From the NCBI GenBank assembly GCA_918797485.1, contig CAKKNE010000006.1:2914001-2978000 (forward strand): DNA of 64,000 bases, given 5' to 3'. Shown piece by piece: positions 41,701-52,809 of the stretch (positions within the stretch are counted from its first letter, which is position 1; each line of letters begins with the position of its first letter). Origin of the DNA: Pelagomonas calceolata (Eukaryota). Position numbers and translations under genes: made by a program. Below the pieces are notes generated by a model. The model did no database searches. It saw only the letters and a program-made list of their open reading frames with translations, and was not told the DNA's origin.

Positions 41701-44700
41701 GCCCGCGTCTCAGGCTTTTTGAGCTGCACCCTTAGTTTTTCCTCGACGTCGTCGTCGTCAATTAACGCACCGGCGAGAGCCAACGAACCCGGATCACTCG
41801 CCATTCGAGCCACGTCGTCCCACTCGCCTAAAGCTTTCGCCGCGTCGAGCTGCCGCTCCTTGTCATCCTCAAAAGCGGCAAACGCTTCTCTTAAACGCCC
41901 CGCCCGCAACAGTGACGCGCCCTCATTATCGTCCAGTGACGCGTTGATGTCCTCGTCGACCTTCGCGTAGAGTGACGCTAAAGCGCTTTTTGTAGGCGTA
42001 TCTAGCGGCAGGGCTCTCGCTTTGCGCGCCCAGGGCCCTTTCGTCGAGGAACCTGTGAGTGCACACAAGCGGGCCTTTTCGATCGTCAGAACGCCCGGTT
42101 CCAACGCGTTCGACGCTAACGCCGTTGAAGCTATTGATGTAGAGGGCACTAAGACCGCAGGGTCTTCACTTTTCTCTGATGCATCGATGCAGGCAGCATG
42201 GGCTTGATGGAGAGCGCTCCCTAATTCATGAGTGGGACTCTCCTCGCACGACCGCAAAGCGTTCTCCAGACCCACGACGACTCGTCGACGCGTAGCCAGC
42301 GGTCTAGCGTTGTAAAGTGTCCCAACGAGCTGCCCGAACAGCGACGCCGCTATTGATCCATCCCGTAACGACAAGGCCATCAATGGCCGGACCACCTCCG
42401 CCAACGACAGCCCCACGTTGGGCAACTCGCCCTGGGCATACGACCGGTACATGACGACCTTCTGCCGCGCTGGTTTCTTCTTTTTTGATACAGTATCTTC
42501 CGCAAACCGCACCGTACGTGCTGCAAGCCTACGCGACAGCTGGGCCTCGTCTTCTAGCACGTCGCCCGTCGTCTTCGGAGGGACGACATGGTCAGCAGCG
42601 AACAACAACTGCGTCTGCAGGCGCACTTGCCTTCCCTGGGCCCTTGGATCATCTTCGTCGACCTGAGTCGCATCGTATAAAGAATCTTTCTGTGTGGCCT
42701 TCACGGGACCAGAACCGAACATTTGGGTCGATAACGAGCTACACCGTTGGGACTTGGCGTTCTCCACGACGGAAAAGGCGTTTACGAGCGAGGACCCTTT
42801 CCCTTCGAGGTCCAGCTGCAGGTCGCAGCCCTTGTCGCCGCCCAGATCGTCACAGAGCGGCTGGTTCCAACTCGGGGAAGATGATGATGAAGCTAATAAC
42901 AAAAATGCGGCGAATCTATGGGGCCTCGCATCGGGCGCGATGAACATCTCCCCGAGAGCACCATCCAGCCTCGACTGCGCCGTCTCACCTAAACGACTAC
43001 GCCAGTAGTCGTAGACCCTTCTACGAACGCCCTTCCTCTGTTCCACCACTTGTTCTTTCTCCGCGTCCACGTCGATAACTTCCGGTGGTGGCGGCGGGTT
43101 CGGATCTCGCTCGAGCATGACCACGTCCTCGTCCGGCGTCTCTTGGACCGGTGGAGGCGGCTCTTCCTCCTCCACAACAGCTTCGTCCTTGGGCGCGTCG
43201 AGCATGCCCTCGCCGTCTTGATCTCCTAGACCTCTGATTAACGCTGCTCGCACTCGTAATGCCGTGGGATTCTCATTTTTCGAGTGTGAAGTAGGAAAGT
43301 AGACGTCGTGCAATGCTGCTAGGAGATCGTAGCCCAACGATCTTACCTGCACGTCTGGTGATGCCGCAAGTAGAGCTTCGAGCGACGCGGGCCCGCCGTG
43401 GACCACTGAAGCCACTAACTGCTCGTTCCTAGACAAAGCTTCACTTCTACTCACGAGCAATTGCAAAGCTCCGAGCTGCACTAATGGTTTGGCGGTCTTC
43501 GTATCTTCCTGAGAATCATCATCAAGAGGCAGCTCCGGCGTCACGCGTTCACTATTGGCCAAGGCCTTCGGCAAGATGCCTTCGAGCTGCTGCAGCAACT
43601 CGTCGTCGGAAGAAAAGCATTCGGAAGACACACCGCCCACGTCCAGCGCCCGCAGCAGCTCGAACGCTTGTTTTGCCGACTTGCCCTCGTGCACTATTTC
43701 ATTTAAACTCCTACAACTTCGTAAAGCGTGGCGCCGCGACAGGAACGTAGGCACGGCCAACGTACACCTCGACACGAGCGACGCGAAGCGCCCGTGGCGG
43801 TGGTGCGAGCCCGCTTTACTTGTATCTGTGACGTCTTCTACGGTGTCCTTGCACTTGCGTAGCAGCGCATCGAGCGACGTCGCTTTCAGAGCTGCGGCGA
43901 GGACCTCGCCGGCGGCCTTGTATAACGTGGCGTGCCTTACTTTGGCGCACTCTACCACGAGTTCTAAAGTCTTGGGCGCCTCTGGGAGTAGATTCGGTCT
44001 TAAGGTTAGTATGGCGTTGACGAGGGACAATCCAGCTAATCGAGGCACCAGGTTCTTGGCCAACAGAGTTTTAGATCCACCTAGATCTTTGGGCGGCGTC
44101 AGGAGCTTGTTGATCGGTCGGCTCCAGTCGAAAAGTTCCCCATCGAACAATGTTGTGGAGTAGGCTGTGAGTAGAGCGTTGCACAAGGCTAGGTTCCGCT
44201 TTGTTGTGTCCTTATTACTACCAGGGTTCGTCGGGCCTCTATCAGTAAAGTGGGGGTCGTTTTCTTTGGAGTAGGACACATTTGCACAAAGCGTCTCCGC
44301 GATCCTTGCGATGGCTGGCGCTTCCTCTTCTGTAATGGGTGGCGCGTTCCGCTTGTCCGGTGACGTACATACGAGGAAGCGGCACGCGCTTCGTAGCAAA
44401 TGATCAATACCTTGAGTTGGTTCGGCACATAACGCTCGAGCGGTCGCTTGCGCGACAGACTTTCGTAAACACATGGCGTGCGTCCTTAAAGCTCGTCTTA
44501 AGCCACCTTTGCTCTCGACGAAGACGTTCAACACCAAGGCGAGCAAATAGATACAAGTGTCGCCTTCCGACCGATCCAAATGAGACGCTAATACTTCCGC
44601 GGACTTAGGTGTAGAGTGTTCCTTGCGCCGTACCGACGCTGGACTTGCACCTGTGGCCTTGGCGGCGTTCCTAGCGTCCACCAATGCTTTGGCCTCCAGT

Positions 44701-47700
44701 CGGGCCAATTTAGCAAGACCAGCAACTAACGGAGCCATCAGAGCCGTGCGATTGAGGGGATGCGCCACGATCTCGATGGCCTCCTCGTGATCATCGTCAT
44801 CTGAATCGTCCGTGTCCTCCTCGAGCAAGGCCGGATCCCCCGCGTCGACGTCCCACAAGGAAGCTTCTACCGGAGGCACGGCCTCGACGTCCTCCAAATC
44901 TTCTTCTTCCTCTCTAGTAGAGAAGGCGTCCTCCTCCTCGTGATCATCGATTTGCGACGCCTCCAAGCCTAATGAAGAGTGCCGCAGCATGGTCCTCGCG
45001 AATTGAGATAATCCCGCGTCTTCGTCTTCACAATTTTTTTCGACCACGTTCGCTCTCATACAACCGATGCGGTCGCGTCGCATGCTTAATTTACGTTGAT
45101 GACCTCGTGCCGTCGTCATGCTCTCGAAGCCGCAGCCCACGGTCAAGGTGATAGCGTCTGGCTGGAGAGCTAATAGTAACGTCTCTTGCCGCTCCGGAGC
45201 CAGCACGATCTTGTTTAGATGGAGCGGGTTGTCCTGCGACGCCTCGGCTAACACTACCGCTAGCCTATAAGCACTCTTCACGACTCTGGGCGAGACGTCA
45301 GTAGTACTTTTTAGTTTCGAGACCCAAAGGCGCAAAACGCGCTTCCGCAGGGCCTTCGCGTCTTGCCCATAAGCGCTTAGTACTGAAGAAGAAGCGTCGT
45401 CCATGACGCAGTCCTCGAGACCACCTCGTGACAACCCAGGAAGCGCGTCGAAGGCCTGTTCCAAGATGCATGCTGCAGTTTCACCAGTCGCGACCTCTAC
45501 TTGAGAAGCATTCGTCTCTAACGACTTCTCGAGCGCCGTCAAGGCCAAGGACACGACGGGTCTTGATGAAATACCATCGTTACTATCTCTGATACTTTTA
45601 AGGAAGACGCTTAGCGTACGGCCGTCGAAGCGTTTTAGTGACGGCACTAAGCCGTACTCACAGATGAAGCGGCAGACGTCGGGCCACTGCTTCGATTTAC
45701 GATTCAATGAGTTTTGTGGAGCCTTCTTCCCGAGCAGCCCGCAGTGCGCCGCTAAATCGTCTAGAAAAGCTACTGATGACTCTTGGTCGTGATCATATGA
45801 AGACTGTGCAGAACCGACGGCCGCCGCCCGCAACCCTCTCCTGATTGATCTACCGAGCGTGTCCTTGAGAGCCGGGATTCTCCTCGAGAGTAGAGCTAGC
45901 AGTCGCGGCGCGCCGCAGGACCCGTAGGCCGCGCCCAACGCCGAGGCGTCGTTCCGGGCGCGGCTTTTACTAGGTTCATCAAATTCGTTCGAGGCCCAGT
46001 CTTCAAAGCGAGCGGGTAGGGTCCTCGCCAGGCGCGCGTCTAAAGCTTTGAGGACCTCCGCGTCGTCCTCTATACAAATTTCATCGTCTTCCTCAAAGGC
46101 GTCGGTCTCGTCGCCGTCGTTCGTCCGTTTACGTCTACCGGGGGCGTTCCTCGTCAGCCCTCCGACGAAGTGCGGCACTAATCGAATGGCCTTGTCGGCC
46201 GCGGCGTCGTCGTTACTTGCTAGAGCGTCTACGACACAGGTCCGCGCTTGGTTCCGCGCCTCCAGTCGCTTCTGTCTCCCTCGAAAGCCAGCACCCAACA
46301 ATCTTGTAGCCAGGCCTAGTTTCTGCGACGTCGGCCACGCATCCGCATTTACGGTGAGTAGAGGCGCCGCGAGGGCCGCTCGACTAATCCCTCTAGTTCG
46401 CGCCCAGTCGCCACAGGCGACGACGAAGGGCGCCTGTCCCGCGCGACATAGCTTTTCAGCAGTATCAGACCAATCTTCGGATAATGTACCCGTACCATTG
46501 CACACGAGCGCCTCATACACCGCCTCGGGATGCCGGTCGCACGCCTCACCGGTCTTCAAATCTTTGATGACCAGAGGGAGCAAGCCCGGCGCTTCCGGTT
46601 CACCCAACAACGGCAGACCCATGGCTACGGCCAATCTCAGAGCGCCGTCGTCCTCGTCGTCGTCGTCGTCGAGACCCTCGAAGAAGTTCCTCGCGAGGAG
46701 TCGTGCAATATCTTCTGACGGTGCCGCTTGGTCGAGAGCATCTGTTTTGTGGAGAGCGTCGTACAACCTCAACGCGCCGTCCCGCCTCCGTTGCGCCGCT
46801 CGCGACGGTGTCGACAGTCGCGCCTCCTCGGTGTCTTCTCGGGACGACGAATGCGTCGGCTCCGAGCCTTCGGAGTCTACGGACCAGTGCGGCGCCAAGG
46901 CTTGGAGTGACGTGGCGATGGCCTTCCTTGTTAAATGTATCGGACACCTTTTCAGCAGTTTCGCGACTGATAGCGGTAACTGTGTACGTACCTCGACGTC
47001 GTCCTGCGACGACGGCAAGGCGCCTCGCCGATCCGGTGATACAATAGCATCCACGAAGATGCGTAACAGGTCGTAGAGGCCCGACTGTGCTACTATATCT
47101 TCGTCGAGTTGTGAGGCGAGGTCGCAGGAGTGTCTCAGAGCGTCCCTCCTCAAGATGCGCCGTCGTTCTTCACACACCTCGTCGTCGTCGTCGATCATGG
47201 CACTCCCTCGCTGCCTTGAACCGACATGTTGTACTAATTGTATAGAAATAGCAAGGGCGTCCGCCGCCCACGCCCCATCGATCACTTCAGCCTTAAGGAA
47301 GGACCCGACGGCGTGCACGCAAGCGACGGCCTTCGCTAATGATTCCGAGTCGTCGCAGTCGACTGGGGTTTGAGGCCAGAGCACTTTTTTCGCACTCGGA
47401 GCGTCGGGCAGCTTCTGCCGGTAAAAGGAACCGAGGTCGCCACTTACGAGCGGCGCCAACTTAGCGAGCGTGTACCACGTCCTCCTTCTACAAGCGTCGT
47501 CGGGGTGGGCCGCGCTCGCCATGAGCTCGTCGCATAGAACGCCTATCGAGGCCGGAGGCGCCCTATTGCCAACGGTAGCATCCATTAACTTCGCGTCGTC
47601 CCGCTTTCTCGCAACATGATGTCTAATACCTTCCGCGAGGCGATCCGCCGCCGCGGACGCCGCGCGCGTGGCTGCCGCGCCGGGTCCACCCGAAGAAGAC

Positions 47701-50700
47701 GTCTCGACCGCTTGTAGTGAAGCTCTGAGTAAATGCAGGCCGAACCTCGATAAAATAAGGGAATGAGCCCGCACATGTCTCGCCAACTTCCCGAGCGCCA
47801 ACGCGGCGCCTAATCTTCTGGTAGCATCTCTCTGCGTGAGGTCGAACGCGACCCTTCGCAGCACATGGGCCAAAGCATCAAACCCCTTGCCCGTCGCAAC
47901 ACCACTCATTTCTTCCCGCACTTCGGCCGGTCGCATCTGTTTACACGTCCAATTGACGAACTCCGCGAGGGCCTCGGCGGCTTGTGCTCGTTTCGATGCC
48001 TGGTGGCCAGCTAGCGCTTCGAACAACGCGTCTACGAGGTAGCGCGCCGCCCTCGTCTTCTCGTTCTGTTCCCGGCAGTCCCTATTTGAGAATAATCTAC
48101 AACATTGTAATAACAACTCCCGGAATAGAGCTCGTATGATCGAATCTGAGTGTGATGCTAGACTACAGACGTAGGGCCAAACGCGGACATAGATCGAGTC
48201 TTCGAGGTTCGCACCTTTGCCGTGCTGGTTGGGATGGGACGTCGTCCTCCCAATAGCTACTAGGACGAGGGCGTGCAACGCTTCCGATGCTAGTAAGCGC
48301 GTCTGGCGCGGTCCCGAGCCGCACGCTATGACCCCTAAACGATTCAGTAAGGCACCATCCAATCGCAGCGATAGCGTCCCCAGAGATATAGTTAAAGGAG
48401 CGCCGAGCATTCTAGAAGATTCAGTTCTTTGGGAGAACGCTCTCACTGCTTCCCCGCCACAAGAAGATAAAAAGCGGACGGCCCTTCTAGATAAGTAACG
48501 AGCGGCACTATCAGAGACGTGCGGGTCCGCTCTTTGTGCAGCGAGCGCCATTCGTCGAGCGCGAGCGCGCGCTTGCGCACTTTGGGCCTTGTCGATCACT
48601 ACACTAACGTCTCTGGACCGAGCCGCGACGGCGTACCTCCCGATTTCCGGCAGCACCTTCTCCAACACGTCCTCGGTGAAGAACTCATCGCTAGCATCGT
48701 CGCGCCACGTCACCACGGCATCAAACGCTCTGGAAGCTGTGGGTCGGTGCGCACTACCTAGCCGCAACGCGGCACCAAGCGCCGGCGCCAACACAGCTAG
48801 CTGGCCCGTCCGCACCTCTAGAGGCGCTGACAGTACGACTCGACAGGCACACTCGAGCAACTCGTCGCGAAAGTCGCCAACCCTATGAGCCGTGTCCCGC
48901 GCGAATTTCCTCGCTGATCTTAGGAATGCGTCCTCGTCGCCCGGCGTCAAGGAGCATTGCGTGCCCGCTCGGATAGCCAACGCACCCAACCGATACAGTG
49001 AAGAACACCTTTCATGTTTCGACGCGCGATCGACCACGACTCGCAATAGCTGTGAAGCCCAGGGCGCAAACGAATCTCCTGTATCTGCGACGAAGGTCTC
49101 CAGAAAGGAAGCTAAATTAATGAGGAGCTCCTGGTCGAACTCGTTTTTTGGCCTGTGTGGCACGGACGCCGTCGCGAGACGCGTAGACTCTCATGTGATA
49201 CCGCGTCAGGTTCAAGTTCATTTTTCACGCTGAGTCAGCACCGCATCTCGTCCTCCAACATTCGCTCTTCGTATCTCAAATCTAATCGCCGGAGGATCTC
49301 CAATGAGGCGCTTAGTAGAGCATCATACAACACGTCGGACTGGGACGAGGCGATGACGTCGCGCCAGAGCTGCGCGCACCTTCTAAAAACGGGCGGTAGC
49401 GTTGAGTCTTCATCCGGCCGTTTATGCTGTATGGACGCGACCTGTACCGCGTCCCTGCAGACGACTCTGAGTGACGCGCGGCCGCCTTTCAATGCTGAAC
49501 AAGCTTTGACTAGGGATGCTAAACCGTCGACGAGGTACTGCCTCGCTCGCGCGTTCTCCCCATACAACGCACATTGGTCCGCGTGCGCGCCCACGCACCT
49601 TCGAGCTCGTTGGGCGAGAGCTTGTAAAGCTGCTCTCGGTCGCTCTGTCTGATGAGAAGTAACGAGTGAGGAAGACGCATGGAGCGCCGCACTACGAACT
49701 TGTAAAGCGTCCCAGTGCGCGAGCCTCCGTCGGACCTTGTCCATTTCACCTTGCAGAGCTAGGTCCTTGTCTCGCCGCTCGTTGTCCTGCGCATCACAGG
49801 CATCGGCACAAGCGTTGGCCGCCTCCATGAGCCTTGCGTAATCTACGGACGAGGCGGGCGCCGCCGCCGCGATGCTACGTAACGAAGCCGCCCGCACTTT
49901 CGGGTTCACGTCCCGACAGCCCGCGTCGAGCAACGCAAACACGGGGCTCCAGTCACCTCGTTGTTGTAGAGCCAAGGCATGTAACGTTTCGAAGAGAGCC
50001 ATCGACGCGTGTTTCGCGACGAGCTTCGGCGGACCTTCCTTCATGTCGGGATGGACCGTGGCCGCGAAGTGGAGGGGTTCATATGAAGTCATCGGTTCTG
50101 AAGGCAGCGACGGTGCCAGTAGGGACGCCCTTCTACGGAGAAACCGCAGCGCCTTGGCGGGCGCCTCGTACCGCGTGAACACTTTTTGGAACGGCACGGC
50201 GTACCTTTCTAGGAGCGTCAGGATGGCAGGGGCGCCTATCTCTGCCGCTTGTGAAGCCCACGCGTCGTTGCCACACAAGTGCTCCAATGCGGCCAATGTA
50301 GAGCCGGAATCTTTACCGGTGTCCTTCTGGAGGTCCAACTTGCATATCCGTAGGAGGGACGCGCCCTGCTCGTCCCAGGGGGATGAGGACCGGTCGTCGA
50401 TCGCTAATGGAGGCGCCGGCCGCTCTGATGCGATGAGCGTCGCCGCGAGCTTCATGGCCTCGCCTTTAATACCCTTGGCCTTTTCTCCTGATAAAGAATC
50501 GACGCACTTGTGGGACAAAGAGCGCCACTGCTCGCCACTTACAACTCTCTCAGCATCCCTCTTGAAGAGCTCTCTGAGAGCACTCGCCGCGGCCTGCCGC
50601 GCCGTCGCGTGGCCCCGGCCCTCCAATACCAAGCGTAGGGACTCGAACGCCGTCAGGGTGTGGGGCCCGGCGCCTCTTTTCTTGATGTACTTGGCCATCT

Positions 50701-50965
50701 CTTTGAGGACAGTCGTCCGCGGCGTTTCGAGGATCTTGAAGCTCTTCGACACGGCCAGCCAGCGGCACAGGTCCGGCGGGTGCTCATTTTTGAACAGTCG
50801 TGCCCGCGCTAATGTGACTTCGACGTTTTCGACGTTCAGACACTCCTCGACCTCCTTCACTAATCTAGAAGGCGCGACGGCGAAGGCCGGCTCGGCGCCG
50901 TCCGGCGCCTCCTGGAGCGGGCGGTGGAGCTCCCAGAGCGCCGCGTCTAATCGGGCCGCGGCCAT
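38799..50965 (-). CDS. PRKDC: DNA-dependent protein kinase catalytic subunit (PIKK); exons 50965-49242 and 49152-38799 (~4025 aa)
   Basis: VVMYRSYAQGELP, SKQVPKK, FLVKGGEDLRNDARVE, GLGDRHLDN, LPVPELIPFRLTR and FATC-like VDLATDPASLGRHWCGLTLWV; length typical of DNA-PKcs. Confidence 0.9.
49153..49241 (-). mobile_element. Decayed introner-like intron (89 nt, GT-AG) in PRKDC
   Basis: Joins the two ORFs in frame (EMR-PKNEF); 3' end CCACACAG matches the TIR; 5' part CAGCGTGAAAAATGAA weakly resembles the TIR. Confidence 0.7.
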
Positions 50966-51184
50966 CCGTGCGCGGCGGTGATCCAACGTATATCAGTCTA
51001 TGGCGCGCGCGGCTGTCTGGCGCGCCGGCTAGCTTGGTCAGCTGTTACCCCGGCGCGTGGTGCAGAGATCTCGTGCGCTGCACGTTGTCGCAGCAATGCT
51101 AAAGCGATGCGCTGCGCAGCGCGCGGTCACGATGAGCAGTCAGCGCGCACGCAGAGCGTCCAGATCGATTTGCTGGGATGATCC

Positions 51185-51206
51185 CTAGTGTGTTACATGC
51201 CGCTAG
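51185..51206 (+). promoter_or_regulatory. CTAG-bounded motif upstream of PRKDC
   Basis: CTAGTGTGTTACATGCCGCTAG, ~220 bp from ATG 50965. Confidence 0.55.
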
Positions 51207-51394
51207 CGCGTTTTTCTACGCCCGGGGCTCGCCCACTAGTCCTAGCACCGTAACAATAAGCATTTTTCTACGCAAGGAGCGATCGATACGCCGCCAGTCC
51301 GGTTTGCTGACAGACTCCGCGGATCCGTACTCGGAGCCCGGGCCGTGACAACAATGCATCTCTTTGTACTTGTACTTACGCCATCAACGCGGCG

Positions 51395-52475
51395 CTAACA
51401 CGACGTCGTCCAGGAAAACAGCGCCGACCGCGTCGAGTTGTCGTAGTAGTTCGTCTTGTTCCTGTAATTTTTGGCCATCTCCTTCATGTCGGCGACCTCC
51501 TTGGGTATCACTAACTCCGACTGATACTTTTCGACGATCGCCGCAGACGTCTCCATCTTGTCGCAGATGCCGCATTTAGCGATGCGAGCGAGTTCTTTCG
51601 GAACGCCCGTCACGGTCCCCAGCTTCTCCAACTCTCTCAAAATAGCGTAGCCGTCGACCAACCTACCAAAGACGACGCGCCGCCCATCGAGCTCCGGCCG
51701 CTCATCCAGTAAAATCTCAAACTGCGACTGGTTCGCGTTCGGCCTTTTCGTCAACGTCGTCAGCACGCCGGCGTTCGTGTGCTTGAGGCGGTGGTTCTCG
51801 TCCTCGTAGTCGCGGCCGTAGACCGAACGACCTCCAGTCCCGTCGTTCTTGTCGATGTCGCCGCCGCAGACGCCTCTGCCTGGCTCGACCCGGAAGAAGG
51901 CGCTTCCCTCGTAGCGCAACCCATCGCCCTTCTCCCCCGTAATTAATTGACAGAAGTTCTTGCACGTCCGCGGTACCACATCTTCGAAGAGCTCGAAGAT
52001 CAATCGACCCTTCCCGGCGTCATGGGTAGAACCTGTGTGGAATCAAATTTCAGGCTTCTGCGCGATGGCGTGGCGATTCCACGCCATCGACGCGACGTTG
52101 TCCCCGTGGCCGCGTCGGCTCGATGGCGTGGAGGCTCACGAAGGTAACCTAACTCACTGGTTGATTTCCACACAGGGTAGAACGTTTCGGGATCGTGACA
52201 TCCAACCACACATGGACTCCTGGTTTTCGGTCCGTGTCCTCGCCGCGCGTTCTCGCAATTATAGAAGCCTCTTTATCAAGTTGCTTCTTGCGTTGCGCTT
52301 TAATACGCTCTCTCGTCGCGAGATCCCGCTTCAGGGCCTCGAAGGCGTCTCCTTCATCATCACTCGCGTCCTCGCCCGCCTCGCGGTTGCCCGTGTCTTG
52401 CTTCTTGGTTTGGGGCTCGTCCTGGGCGTCGCGCCAGCTCGGGCGCTTCTTCGCGCCTTTCGTGGAGAAGTTCAT
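51395..52475 (-). CDS. Cyclophilin-like protein, divergent; exons 52475-52184 and 52032-51395 (309 aa)
   Basis: Splicing restores VWLDVTIPKRSTHDAGKGRLIFELFEDVVPRTCKNF; GGDIDKNDGTGGRSVYG and VVFGRL motifs. Confidence 0.88.
52033..52183 (-). mobile_element. Introner element (143 bp, 52033-52175) with perfect 8-bp TSD; 151-nt GT-AG intron
   Basis: GGTAGAAC at 52025-52032 and 52176-52183; TIRs CTGTGTGGAATCAA / TTGATTTCCACACAG. Confidence 0.95.
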
Positions 52476-52656
52476 CTGTCTGGCTTGCGGTCCGTTCGCG
52501 CCGCCGCGTCGAGCTGCCCTGCTCTTGGCGCCGCTGGCAGCGACCTCTGAGCGCGCTGCGCTGGCGTTGGGTAATGGATGCTGTAGCACACCGACCGGCG
52601 TTTGCACGCGTTGGTCGCCGCAAAACGCGGGCTTGCCTATGTCGAACGCAGGCGAG

Positions 52657-52677
52657 CTAGCGGCTGTAAGACACTAG
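52657..52677 (-). promoter_or_regulatory. CTAG-bounded motif upstream of the cyclophilin gene
   Basis: Reverse complement CTAGTGTCTTACAGCCGCTAG, ~180 bp from ATG 52475. Confidence 0.65.
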
Positions 52678-52809
52678 CAAGCGACGCGGGACCCGCGACG
52701 TAACTAGCCTGAGCCTGAGCGTCGAAAAGTTGTGTGATAAGTATCTGTTAATTATTAATTACGCCGTTGGCACTGGTTGCAGGCGGGGCGGCTTCCGACG
52801 CGGGGCCGG

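Noticed and set aside
38799..50965. Functional link between DNA-PKcs (NHEJ) and the nearby introner cluster
   Set aside because: Introners are dispersed across unrelated genes, so proximity is most likely coincidental.
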